Assembly (NCBI GenBank): GCA_026936335.1
Contig: JAPMXV010000069.1
Location: forward strand, 1 to 64,000
DNA: 64,000 nucleotides
Direction: 5' to 3'
Source: Mantamonas sphyraenae STR306
Lineage: Eukaryota; Protista; CRuMs
Position numbers and translations under genes: made by a program. The notes under the pieces are model-generated. The model ran no database searches. It saw nothing but the letters and a program-made list of their open reading frames with translations, and was not told the origin of the DNA. The stretch's first letter is position 1. The number at the start of each line of letters is the position of its first letter. Below are positions 1-10,390 of the stretch, piece by piece.

Positions 1-186
1 CCTAACCCTAACCCTAACCCTAACCCTAACCCTAACCCTAACCCTAACCCTAACCCTAACCCTAACCCTAACCCTAACCCTAACCCTAACCCTAACCCTA
101 ACCCTAACCCTAACCCTAACCCTAACCCTAACCCTAACCCTAACCCTAACCCTAACCCTAACCCTAACCCTCTAACCCTAACCCTA
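1..186 (+). repeat. Telomeric array (CCCTAA)n, i.e. TTAGGG on the minus strand; chromosome left end
   Basis: About 30 perfect CCCTAA units from base 1, one variant CCCTCTAA near 168-175, ending at CCCTAG. Confidence 0.99.
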
Positions 187-840
187 GTCCGAATTATAGA
201 TGTGATGAGTCTGGTCTATGTTATGTGAGTTGTGCTTGAGTCAGCTGGCAGGGTGGCTGAGTTGGATGGTGACATGGGGCAGTGGGCAACGGGTGGGAGT
301 GGAAATGTTGCTGGTGAGTGGCCGTCGTCCTGCAACGCCGCGCAGTCAGCACTGCCCATCCGCCTTCAACCAAAGTATCGCCAACACCCACAACACCCTC
401 CACCAGTCCAACACAATCCACATACACTCCAGTACCACCACCAGCACCATGGACAAAGACTACTCAAGCACTCAGAAGCAACAACACACGCCCAACACCT
501 ACCCAGCGTGCGTTCTGCCTTCCACTCCGTTTCCCTGACTGCCCGCTTCTCTCGCTTGCTTGCCTCCTCCATGCCTCTGTCGCTTTCCTGCACTCCTCCC
601 CTGCATCTCCACTTCCCCATCATCACCGCTGCTGCCTTCTCCGCTCTTCTCCGATCCCCTCTCCCCTGTCACTGCCCTCCCCGTGGCCAGTTTCCCGGTC
701 TGCCAATCTCCTTCGTTTTCCCTCTCTGCTCGTTCCAGCCTCCCTTCACCCCGCTTCTGCCCTGACGGCGTCCATTCCGCCTTCCACTCACCGTTACCAC
801 TCCGCCTTGCCACCCACCGTCTCCCCACAGCTACGCGTAC

Positions 841-3800
841 ATGGTCCCTCCCATGGCTGCCCAGCCGTTTCCGAACATGCTGCCCGCCTCTGGCGTACAA
901 AACCCGTACCAGCACCCACAACCACCCATCATCTGGGTCCCTGTCAACACTCAACCCCAGCATCATCGCCCATATGCTCATCAGGGCCACCCATACTACG
1001 CCTACCCTCCTCCGCCGCCTCCTCAGCCGCGACAAACCGCCCAGATGCGCTTCGCTCAGCCTCCGTTGCACCCTCCTCCTGCTCAACCCACCACAAACCA
1101 CAACCGCGTCCCTAAACGCATCAGCCCTGCCTTTGTTGGCATCACACGGACCACATCCACCACCACATCGTCGTCGTCCTCCAACCAGGCCACACGGCAG
1201 ACTGGAGACAGCGACGACGACGACGGAGACCAGGACACACACACCCATGACACTGGCGACGTGGAGGACCTGATGTTCCTGAACTTCGGCCACCGAGAAC
1301 CACGGTCAATCACCAGCAACACAGAGTGGATGACCAGCTCAGGGATGGAGGCGTACGAAGAAGACGGCGAGGCAAACAACGCAACCCAGCAGCACGTGGA
1401 CGACGAGTTGGAAACTCAGGGCCCACCTGACTTCGCAGACACTGGAGATGCCATGGATGAGGAGTACTTGCCGCAAGAAGTCGACGACGATGACACAGAC
1501 GACATGGAGCAGGAGGACACGGACGAATGGCAGCCGAGGCGCACAAGTAGACTCCGCACACAACGTCGCAGAAGCCACAACAGCCGTCGTACTGGTCCAC
1601 AAAAGATGAAAAGCAGCGTACAGCGCAGGCTCAGGGTCACGGCTGGCAGCGGCACAGAGACAGGAACGTCGAGCACACGGGCAAGGAGGGCAAAGAACGG
1701 AGACACCAGCGCCCGGAAGAAAGCAGGCGTGGACAAGAGGAACAAGTTGCCAGATGGCGTTGTGCGCAGTGGCTGGACAAACGCCCGCAAGAGCGAGTGC
1801 ATGCACAGCAACAAGAAGGATCACACGGCACTGCTGAACCACATGCACACTCTGGCCAACGAGCATCCCATCGACGACATCCCCGACCTCATGACCCTTC
1901 AAGCTCGTGTTGTGATCTGCCATGGCACCCTGTTGGCGCTCGTCCGACAGATTCGGCTCGCTCTGGGCAACATTCCCCTATCCCAGAGCGACATGGCACT
2001 CTGCCTCACCCTTCTCGGCCGTGACATGGATCGACATGCGTGCTTCCATGCTATCAACAATGCTGCTTTGGCCATGGGTGTGACAAAGGCTGGGTTGAAG
2101 GTGTGCTGGCTGGAGGAGCCACACGACCAGGGTGACCCCAACTATGCCCTCCTCCACCTGCTCATGACAGAGATGGACACACTCGGCAACAGGCCCCTTC
2201 CCACCAGCTGGAAGGAGCACGAGCAGACCCAGCTGTGGCTGCAGGAAGCACGACGCCCCGCTGACAACGACAGCGACCCACACTGGACACAATGCGACTA
2301 CGACCACCACCTCACCACCACCAAGGTGGAAAAGTGGCATCCTGTGTCTGTACGCAGTGGCTGGAGCAAAGCCAGTCACGACGAGCGAGGCAGCTGCACG
2401 GCGCGGGAGTTCCAGACGCTGCTGGCACACATGAAGGCACGCGCAGCCAAGCACCCTCGCCATCAGCACGCACACGAGCATCATGCACTGCGTGAGCTGA
2501 CTAACAACGGTAGCAAGCAGTCCCTGCTGCGACACATCATCCTGGCGCTGGGCAACGTTGGCGTGCCGCCTGTCGACCTGGCCTTCTTTGTCCGCCTACT
2601 CAGACCACGCCTCACCTACCAGCAGGTGCAAGGTGCCATCAGCCACACCCTCAGCCGCGGTGTCACCTCCCTCTCCCTCAAGATCGCCTGGCTCGACAAC
2701 CCCCAACCCAGCGACGCCACACTGCACACCCTCCTCCACACCCTCATCGACCGCATCACACCCCACATCAACACCCGTCCCACCACCACTGACGCCATCA
2801 ACACCCTCGACACCCCTGAGCTCGTTCTGCCCGAGCCCACCAAGGAGGAGATGATGGCCGTGGAGGATGGACTGCCAGATGGCGTTGTGCGCAGTGGCTG
2901 GACAAACTGGCGCAAGAGCGAGCGCATGCACAGCAACAAGAAGGAGCACACGGCACTGCTGAACCACATGCACACCCTGGCCAATGAGCATCCCATGGAC
3001 GACATCCCCGACCTCATGACCCTTCAAGCTCGTGTTGTGATCTGCCATGGCACCCTGTTGGCGCTGGTCCGACAGATTCAGCTCGCTCTGGGCAACATTC
3101 CCCTCTCCCAGGGCGACATGGCCTTCTGCCTCGCCCTTCTTGGCCGGAACATGGATCAATATGCGTGCAGCAATGCCATCAAAGACGCTGGTCTGGCCAT
3201 GGGTGTGACAAAGGCTGGCTTGAAGGTGTGCTGGCTGGAGGAGCCACATGACCACGGCGACCCCAACTACGCCCTCCTCAACCTGCTCATGACAGAGATG
3301 GACACTCTTGGCGACACAGCCCATCCCACCACCTGGAAGGAGCACAAGCAGACCCGGCTGCGGCTGCAGAAAGCACGACGCCCTGCTGACAACAACAGCG
3401 ACCCACACTGGACACAATGCGACTACGACCACCAACTCACCACTGTCAATTTGGAAAAGTGGCATCCTGAGTCTGTTCGCAGTGGCTGGAGCAAGGGATC
3501 TACCAGCGACGAGCGTGGCAGCTGCACGGCGCGGGAGTTCCATACGCTGCTGGCACACATGAAGGCACGCGCAGCTAAGCACCCTCGCCATCAGCACACA
3601 CACGAGCACCAGGCACTGCGTGAGCTGATCAACAACGGCGACCTGAAGTCCCTGCTGCGACACATCATCCTGGCACTGGGCAACGTTGGCGTGCCGCCTG
3701 TCGACCTGGCCTTCTTTGTCCGCCTCCTCAGACCACGCCTCACCTACAGGCAGGTTCAAGGTGCCATCGGCAACACCCTCACCCGCGGCGTCACCTCCCT

Positions 3801-4017
3801 CTCCCTCAAGATCGCCTGGCTCGACAACCCCCAACCCAGCGACGCCACACTGCACACCCTCCTCCACACCCTCATCGACCGTATCACACCCCACATCACC
3901 ACCCGCCCCACCACCGTCGCACTCGTCAACGCCTACCCCATCCCCTCCTTCACCCTCCCCAAGCGCAAAGACCCTTCCTCCTCCTCCTCCTCCTCCAAAC
4001 GCCAACGCCTCGAATGA
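841..4017 (+). CDS. Subtelomeric hypothetical protein, 1058 aa, with four internal repeats and a C-terminal KRQR NLS-like motif
   Basis: Long intronless ORF; P/Q-rich, acidic and basic N-terminus followed by a duplicated 375-aa unit; start codon not certain. Confidence 0.8.
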   Translation: MVPPMAAQPFPNMLPASGVQNPYQHPQPPIIWVPVNTQPQHHRPYAHQGHPYYAYPPPPPPQPRQTAQMRFAQPPLHPPPAQPTTNHNRVPKRISPAFVGITRTTSTTTSSSSSNQATRQTGDSDDDDGDQDTHTHDTGDVEDLMFLNFGHREPRSITSNTEWMTSSGMEAYEEDGEANNATQQHVDDELETQGPPDFADTGDAMDEEYLPQEVDDDDTDDMEQEDTDEWQPRRTSRLRTQRRRSHNSRRTGPQKMKSSVQRRLRVTAGSGTETGTSSTRARRAKNGDTSARKKAGVDKRNKLPDGVVRSGWTNARKSECMHSNKKDHTALLNHMHTLANEHPIDDIPDLMTLQARVVICHGTLLALVRQIRLALGNIPLSQSDMALCLTLLGRDMDRHACFHAINNAALAMGVTKAGLKVCWLEEPHDQGDPNYALLHLLMTEMDTLGNRPLPTSWKEHEQTQLWLQEARRPADNDSDPHWTQCDYDHHLTTTKVEKWHPVSVRSGWSKASHDERGSCTAREFQTLLAHMKARAAKHPRHQHAHEHHALRELTNNGSKQSLLRHIILALGNVGVPPVDLAFFVRLLRPRLTYQQVQGAISHTLSRGVTSLSLKIAWLDNPQPSDATLHTLLHTLIDRITPHINTRPTTTDAINTLDTPELVLPEPTKEEMMAVEDGLPDGVVRSGWTNWRKSERMHSNKKEHTALLNHMHTLANEHPMDDIPDLMTLQARVVICHGTLLALVRQIQLALGNIPLSQGDMAFCLALLGRNMDQYACSNAIKDAGLAMGVTKAGLKVCWLEEPHDHGDPNYALLNLLMTEMDTLGDTAHPTTWKEHKQTRLRLQKARRPADNNSDPHWTQCDYDHQLTTVNLEKWHPESVRSGWSKGSTSDERGSCTAREFHTLLAHMKARAAKHPRHQHTHEHQALRELINNGDLKSLLRHIILALGNVGVPPVDLAFFVRLLRPRLTYRQVQGAIGNTLTRGVTSLSLKIAWLDNPQPSDATLHTLLHTLIDRITPHITTRPTTVALVNAYPIPSFTLPKRKDPSSSSSSSKRQRLE
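1747..3960 (+). repeat. Intragenic direct tandem duplication, period 1125 nt (375 codons)
   Basis: TGCCAGATGGCGTTGTGCGCAGTGGCTGGACAAAC occurs at 1748 and 2873; the downstream peptide sequences are largely identical. Confidence 0.95.
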
Positions 4018-4717
4018 ACCCCCTTCTTCCTTCCCATCGACTCCATGTTTTCCTACCCTTCACACCGCCCTCGCACAGGGCCTCGCTCCGCCGCTCCGAA
4101 GCCCTGTGTTGCCGACCCCACAGACACCGAGGTGTTCATCTTGGATTGTGCCCTGCTCGGAATCGACATCATCATCACATTGGTGGTGATGTTGCTGTTG
4201 CTGTCGCCACGTAGATGTTGGTGTGGGTGCCCATTCTGCACTCCTCGTCCTCGTCCTGGCCAGCCGACGCGTTTGCTCATGCACTGCCACCTTGCAATTG
4301 ACACCCTGACGTCCCAAGCACGCTCACCACCTCATACAGGCCCACCTCCTGGACTGATCTTCTCGAGCCCACAGAAGAAGAGATGATGGCACGGAGGTTG
4401 GACTATGGTCTCCCACACGTCACGCACGGTTGAATTATGTGGATGTGCGATGCATGTTGCCCCATCGCAGCCAAATGTTCGCACGCAGGGTATCCAAGCG
4501 AGGAGGCTCCTTGCTGGGCCGAACCCTTCGTACAGGCGCTCCACGAACGCGAACCACGTTGATGCACGTCAATGCTCATCATACCACGATGCGTCCTCGA
4601 CACGACGTGGCTGTGGGTGCCAGTTTGCATGCTACCCGGTCGTGGCCGGGCAGGAACACATCGTCTTCGTCATCACCATGGCTCAACGGCACAGCCGCTG
4701 TCGTGCAGCGCTGCAGC

Positions 4718-7315
4718 ATGTCCACCGTCACTATCAGTGCTGAGGAGTTGTTCTTGGAGGCCAGAAGCAAGCTGAACAAGCGTGAGGAGCGCCTGGAGAG
4801 GTTGCGCGACCGTGTAGAGTCGTTGTCCGCGGAACTTGGCCAAGCTCGCAAACAGCTGCGACTGAGCCCACTAGGAGAGAAGGAGGCCTTGCAGAGTCTC
4901 GTGGATGAGAAGGAGAAGGATATGGTGGAGGCAAAGAAGGATGTGGCTGAGGCAGAGGTGGAAGTGGCGGAGGCAAAGGCGAAAGTTGCCTATGAAAAAA
5001 GCAAAGCGGAAGTCGAAAAAGCCGTAGCAAAAGTGGAAGAAGCCGAAGCGTTGCTGCTTGCAAAGAGAAAGGGAGATGAGTTTGCAGCTGCGCTGTACCA
5101 ACGTCGGGTGGAAAACGCAAACTCCGATTTGACCAAGGCCCAGGCGCACCGAGATCGTGAGTTCCTGACACCCACTCCATCCCGAAGGCATTTTCGCTGA
5201 CACCCGCCCACGGGTTGTGGGAGGCAGCTGCACGCATTTCACCCCTTGGTAGGTTCCAAAGGTTCCACAGCCGTCCATGACGTCGCTGACACACTGTGCA
5301 TTGACAAACACGCAGTGGGGCGGGTGGAGCTGACGTCCGTGGAGCAGTTTGCCGAATTGTTGGAGATGGAGCCCTGCTTCGATCTCAGCAAGAAGAACAC
5401 GCCATTGGGAGATGCTGCTCTCACACGACTTCGTCTGGCCATCCCACTGAAGAACCGAGTCGCAACTGTGGCTGACTTCCGTTCGACAGTCAATCGTCAG
5501 CTGTTGGATGAGGGTCAAGACCGTGTGGGCACGTGGCTGTACTCGTTGGCAGGCACGCCAGGGTCAGGCAAGACACGCATGCTCATGGAACTGGTCAACA
5601 CGCTGGAGGACGTGACAAGGAGTGATGACTTGGCACACCTTCAAGTCGTCCCCGTGCTACTCACGCTCAACAACAGGAACGTTCCAGAGATTGAACGCAC
5701 CTGGAGTGAACGAGGCTTTGGTGTGCGCATGTTGCACCAATACGCGGTTGACAACGGAAACGACAGGCGGCTCCATCCTCACCACGTCGAAAACTTGGAA
5801 AGGTCACTGATCAGTTTGCCAGAACCCGTGGATGCCGCCAGGCTGATCATCCAACACGCGCAGAAACACAACAACGGCAGGCCTGTGCTCCTCTATGTGG
5901 GCTTTGACGAAGTGCAAATGGTTGTGGACAATGACCCATCCATGCGCGCAACATTGGAGCGGGTGGTTCGCAATGTTGCTGGCATCATGCCATCCACAAA
6001 CAATCTGCGTGGCACCCACAATGGCCAAGAACACCGGTGCCGAGCTGTGGTTGCTGTGGCTGGCACTCGCGACCTGTATCTGCTTGGTGCACTGCTGCGC
6101 ACATCCGGGTACAGGGCCCACCCGCTGGCTCTGCCCACACTCAGGCTGGCTGAATCCCTGCAGGCTGTGCTCGGCTTTGTCAACACCACACTGGATGAAG
6201 CTCCACAAGGCCATATACCTGTGCTGGTCAACACCCTTCGCCGTGTGTTTGGTGTCCCACGCGCGGTGGAGATGATTGCCAAAGAGTACGACCTCAAGAA
6301 GGACTGGGAGGTGGATCTCATCGCCAAGGATCTGGATGCGTCATTGAAGCAGGTGAAGAATCGCATCAACACCAAGGAGTTCCCTGCCGAAGTGGCCAAG
6401 CAGATGATCCGCATGAATCTGTTCAAGGAGCGTGTGGAACTGACGGATGTGTTTGGGGACTCGACATTGCAGGAGCACATGGACTGCGGGCTGGTGATTG
6501 TGCATGATGGACAGCTTGTCCCTATTCCTCTGCGTGTAGAAGAAGAAGGGCGTGATGAAAGCATCCTGCTTCGCTGGATGGATCGGCTGGATCGAGTGGA
6601 TCACTGGGAAAAGTACGAACAGTTCGCACGGCACTACCACCGCCTCCGGGCACAGGCGCTGGTGGAGTGCCCACCATCGCACAGCACGATGGATGGTGAA
6701 TTGTGGCATGACAGAGCGATTTGCAGTCCTCAACTTCGCAACATCAAGTACAGCACGCGTGTGACTGGCTCTCAGCTGGTGGATCTGAAAAAGCCCTTTC
6801 CCAGCCACGTGGATGAAGTGGCTGGCATCGTACAGAAGCATGCAGAGAAGCCTGCGAAGTATGGACTGCACCACAGCATCCACATTCTCAACGCTGACAA
6901 GGCACCCTTCGCGGATGTGGTTTCAGTGCATCCCACCGAGGATGGCGTGGTGGTGGAGTGCATTAAGTGCCAGTTCAGCGAGGATGGAGTGCAAGCAAAC
7001 GACAAGGTGGACCTGGGGATGATCAAGGAGGAGTACGACAAGGTTATGGGCACAGAGAAGCTGATCGAGGAGGCGTTTCAACCCCTGGCTGGCCCTGGAG
7101 GCAAGGTGCATGTGGTGTTTGGGCTGAGCAGTGTCAAGGCGCCCACAGCTGTGTTGAAGAAACAACTGCTGGGCAATTTCGATGATGGGTGGACAGCAGA
7201 CAAGAATGTGTTTGTGGTGCATGGAGACAACCATCGTGGGTACTACGGCGAGCTCATGCAGGGGTACAAGGCTTTGCGATGGGTGGAGGCAGAGGTGCGA
7301 GAGGCTGGTGGATGA
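4718..7315 (+). CDS. Crinkler/RHS-type (CR) effector-like protein: coiled-coil header + P-loop NTPase + restriction-endonuclease-like C-terminus; intron 5157-5252
   Basis: A GTGAG...TAG intron joins ORFs 4430 and 5246 in frame; Walker A GTPGSGKT, Walker B LYVGFDEVQ; C-terminal NADKAPFADVV...ECIKCQF resembles the PD-(D/E)xK core. Confidence 0.7.
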
Positions 7316-7545
7316 GAATGCACCTCCGTGCGGTGCGCAGTGTTGGATTGAATCTTCCCTCCACACCATGAAACACCTTCTTGTCAAAGTTCTGCGAATC
7401 TCACAAACAAAACTCACTGCTCATGCGAACCATTGTTCACGATTCCACAAACACCCATCTCCCACTCCCTGACCCCCTCCTCCCCTCCCTCACACCCATC
7501 TCCCACCTCCCCGCCCACCCTCCTCCCCTCCCTCACCACCACCCA

Positions 7546-7914
7546 TCACACCTCACCATCCGGCATATACCGCATCCGGTTCTCCAACGCCTTCTCCAAT
7601 CCATCCAAGAACTCCTCCACCTGGTGCAGCCTGTCTACGTCCACAGTGTCAAAGTCCACCAACGTCGCCTCCGTCCCGCCGTCCCGCAACCGATACGGAT
7701 CCGTCCTACTCGGCAACAGCAAATCCAGCACGTCCTCCAAATACTGCTCCGGTGCCTGATGCACACGGTTCGCCACCCGCAGCCGCAGCTCGTACTCAGA
7801 GTCCGCCAGAAATTGCTCGTGATCACCAAAAACGTCTCCGTCCGCGTCGTCCTCTTCCCACCTCCCAGTCTCCTCTTCCACCTTTCCTCCTCCCGTGTCC
7901 TTCTCGCTTGCCAT
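7546..7914 (-). CDS. Small stand-alone ET/NET (BET extra-terminal) domain-like protein, 122 aa
   Basis: YELRLRVANRVHQAPEQYLEDVLDLL...LVDFDTVDVDRLHQVEEFL follows the ET-domain pattern (compare EIDFETLKPSTLRELERYV). Confidence 0.6.
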   Translation of the reverse strand: MASEKDTGGGKVEEETGRWEEDDADGDVFGDHEQFLADSEYELRLRVANRVHQAPEQYLEDVLDLLLPSRTDPYRLRDGGTEATLVDFDTVDVDRLHQVEEFLDGLEKALENRMRYMPDGEV

Positions 7915-7982
7915 TCGTGTCCACTGTGGTCCCCTGTGATGTTGTGTTGCCCAGTCCCACGCACCTCTACTCCACGACAACC

Positions 7983-9221
7983 ATGTCTGCCTCCACCGCC
8001 TCCGACTGGCTCCTTGCAGAGGCCACAGACCGCATGACCTGCATGCTCTGCGACTACGAAATCGTCTTTGACACAGACTCTGTCGTCGTCGACGAGCTCG
8101 ACAACCAGTTCGAGGACGCCGACGAAGACGAAACCGCGGACGCAACCGCCTCCGCCTCCACTTCCTCCAAAACACATGCCTCTGCACTCGACATGGTCCA
8201 GAAGATGGCCGACCACCTCCACACAACCCACAACATCCTCATCGTCCGCCCGCAACTCATCGCCGACTTTCCCACCTACCTCCAGCGCTGGCGCGATCTA
8301 CTTGCAGAATCCGGCGAGCCCACTGAACTTCTCGTCCTCGACGGCGGCTCGGGCGACGACCAGCGCATTCGTGAAGAGCTCCACCAGCACTTTCTCGAAA
8401 CCCTCATTGAAATGCGTCAGCACGAGAGTCAGCAGGTGCTCAAGGAATGCCCCTACTGCACCGAGCAGCTCAACATCGGCTCCCTCGTCGACCACCTCAT
8501 CCAGCGCCACCAGTTCCGCCTCGGCACGCCCCACAACATGGTCCACCTCGCAGACTTTGTAGACACCCTCCACACCACCTTCGACTCCCTCACCTGCCTC
8601 TACTGCAAGGGCGACTTCCAATCGCACACACAGCTCCGCCAGCACATGCGCAAGAAGAAGCACTTCCGCCTCGATGCCAGTGACTCTGCCTGGGACCGTT
8701 TCTTCATCACAAACTACGCCCAGCCCGGCATGTCCTGGCAGGAATACCAGAGCGAGGACGACGACACAGATCTCGTCAGCGACACCGAGCAAGAAAACGC
8801 TGACGAGGAGTGGCAAGAGTGGGCCGAGGTCCTTGACGAGCAAACACAGTGCCTTTGGTGTCCCACACTCTGCCCCTCCGTCGCTGAAACCCACGACCAC
8901 ATGCGCGACGCCCACACCTTCGACTTTGAGGCCCTCCAGGCAGACCTCAACCTCGACTTTTTCGGTTCCATCAAGGCCATCAATTACATTCGCACTCAGG
9001 TTGCTGCCAACCACTGCGTCGCCTGCGATTTCGCTGCTGATTCAAACCAGGCTCTCCTCGACCACCTTGCCGACGCCCAACACTTCACTCCGTCCTCCGA
9101 CTACGACGACATGCAGTACATGGCTCCCACCCTCGAAGACGACACCCTCCTTACAGACATCCCGCTCACCGAGGCCGACGCCGACGACAACGCCGAACAC
9201 TCCTCCTCCTCAACGTCATAA
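7983..9221 (+). CDS. ZNF277: C2H2 zinc-finger protein, ZNF277 family
   Basis: Motifs IADFPTYLQRW, DQRIREEL, HQFRLGTPHNMV, CLYC...HMRKKKH, DRFFITNY, LDFFGSIKAINYIR. Confidence 0.9.
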   Translation: MSASTASDWLLAEATDRMTCMLCDYEIVFDTDSVVVDELDNQFEDADEDETADATASASTSSKTHASALDMVQKMADHLHTTHNILIVRPQLIADFPTYLQRWRDLLAESGEPTELLVLDGGSGDDQRIREELHQHFLETLIEMRQHESQQVLKECPYCTEQLNIGSLVDHLIQRHQFRLGTPHNMVHLADFVDTLHTTFDSLTCLYCKGDFQSHTQLRQHMRKKKHFRLDASDSAWDRFFITNYAQPGMSWQEYQSEDDDTDLVSDTEQENADEEWQEWAEVLDEQTQCLWCPTLCPSVAETHDHMRDAHTFDFEALQADLNLDFFGSIKAINYIRTQVAANHCVACDFAADSNQALLDHLADAQHFTPSSDYDDMQYMAPTLEDDTLLTDIPLTEADADDNAEHSSSSTS

Positions 9222-9236
9222 AACTCACTCACACAC

Positions 9237-10268
9237 TCACAAGCTCACCTTCACTCCCTCTCCACCTTTCTCTGCCTTCTTGGCCACCGCTCCGCCCACC
9301 GCCACGTCAAACAGCGTCGATCCACAGCTTTCAAACAGCGTGACCTCGTTCCCTTCTTCCCGCACTCGCACATCCCCGACGATGACCGCTCCGAGATCCC
9401 CCAACACATGCGATGCATCCACAAGACCCTCCGATATCGGCACCAAGATATCACCCGCCTCTTCTGCTGCGTTCATCGTGTCCACCACCACCTGCGCTCG
9501 TGACACGACTGTGCTGTCCACCTCCTGCATCGACGGCCTGTACGATCCGATGCAGTTCAGATGTGCGCCTTCTTTCACCAACGATCCGTCAAACAGAGGT
9601 TCGCTCGAGTTTGTTGCCGTCACAATCACATCCGCTTGTTTGACCCAGCCGGAAACCGTCTCTGTGTCCTCCAGCGCCACCGCTTCCGTTTCCACCGTCT
9701 TGTCCTCGCCGAGCAACCCCACAAGCTCGGAAAGCATCTCTTGTGCACGTTGCTTGTTTCGGTTCACACATACCACCGTCTCGATGCTCTCCAGCCGCTC
9801 CAGACACACCGCGTGTGCGTTTGCCACCGCTTGTTTTCCGGCTCCAAACACAACCAGCACGCGCACCTCCTTCGGCGCCATGTGACGTGTGGCCACTCCA
9901 CTAAGTGCGCCTGTGCGCAGCACCGTTAGGTACGTGCCGTTCATCATTGCCCGCGGCAGCCCGGTTTCCACATCGGCAATCAGCACCACCGCAGGCACTG
10001 TGGGAAGACCTTTCTCCGCGTTGCCCATGCGCACACTCACCAGCTTCAGTCCCATAGACACGTCTTCACCCGCGTCAATCAGCGACGGGCCCAAGAGCGT
10101 CACTCCCTGCTCCGTGGGCATGTGTGCACGATGCGGCACCTGCACCTTGTCCGTTCCGTCCCTGCTGCTCGTGTACGCTGCCGCAAGCGCACTCTCGCAC
10201 GCGTCGATGGCCTCGCTCATCGACAGCAGTTCCTTTACGTCGTCGTCACTCAAGCACACAACCTGCAT
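9237..10268 (-). CDS. Ornithine cyclodeaminase / mu-crystallin family protein
   Basis: GLKLVSV, LTVLRTGA, Rossmann motif VFGAGKQA, ADVIVTATNS, IGSYRPSMQE, EAGD, TLFESCG; start could be 10310. Confidence 0.92.
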   Translation of the reverse strand: MQVVCLSDDDVKELLSMSEAIDACESALAAAYTSSRDGTDKVQVPHRAHMPTEQGVTLLGPSLIDAGEDVSMGLKLVSVRMGNAEKGLPTVPAVVLIADVETGLPRAMMNGTYLTVLRTGALSGVATRHMAPKEVRVLVVFGAGKQAVANAHAVCLERLESIETVVCVNRNKQRAQEMLSELVGLLGEDKTVETEAVALEDTETVSGWVKQADVIVTATNSSEPLFDGSLVKEGAHLNCIGSYRPSMQEVDSTVVSRAQVVVDTMNAAEEAGDILVPISEGLVDASHVLGDLGAVIVGDVRVREEGNEVTLFESCGSTLFDVAVGGAVAKKAEKGGEGVKVSL

Positions 10269-10390
10269 CCGTTTCCCGTTTTCACGTGCCTCTCCAGGCG
10301 CCACACCCATGTCACCTTCAACTCACTTGTCCATGGCTTCCCTTTCAACCCGCTTGTCCCCACTTCCTCACCTCCGTCCCACCCAACCCA

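Noticed and set aside
200-262. GTGATGA...CTGA next to the telomere as a box C/D snoRNA
   Set aside because: No convincing terminal stem and rather short
218-840. Short ORFs next to the telomere
   Set aside because: Low-complexity C-rich sequence with no motifs
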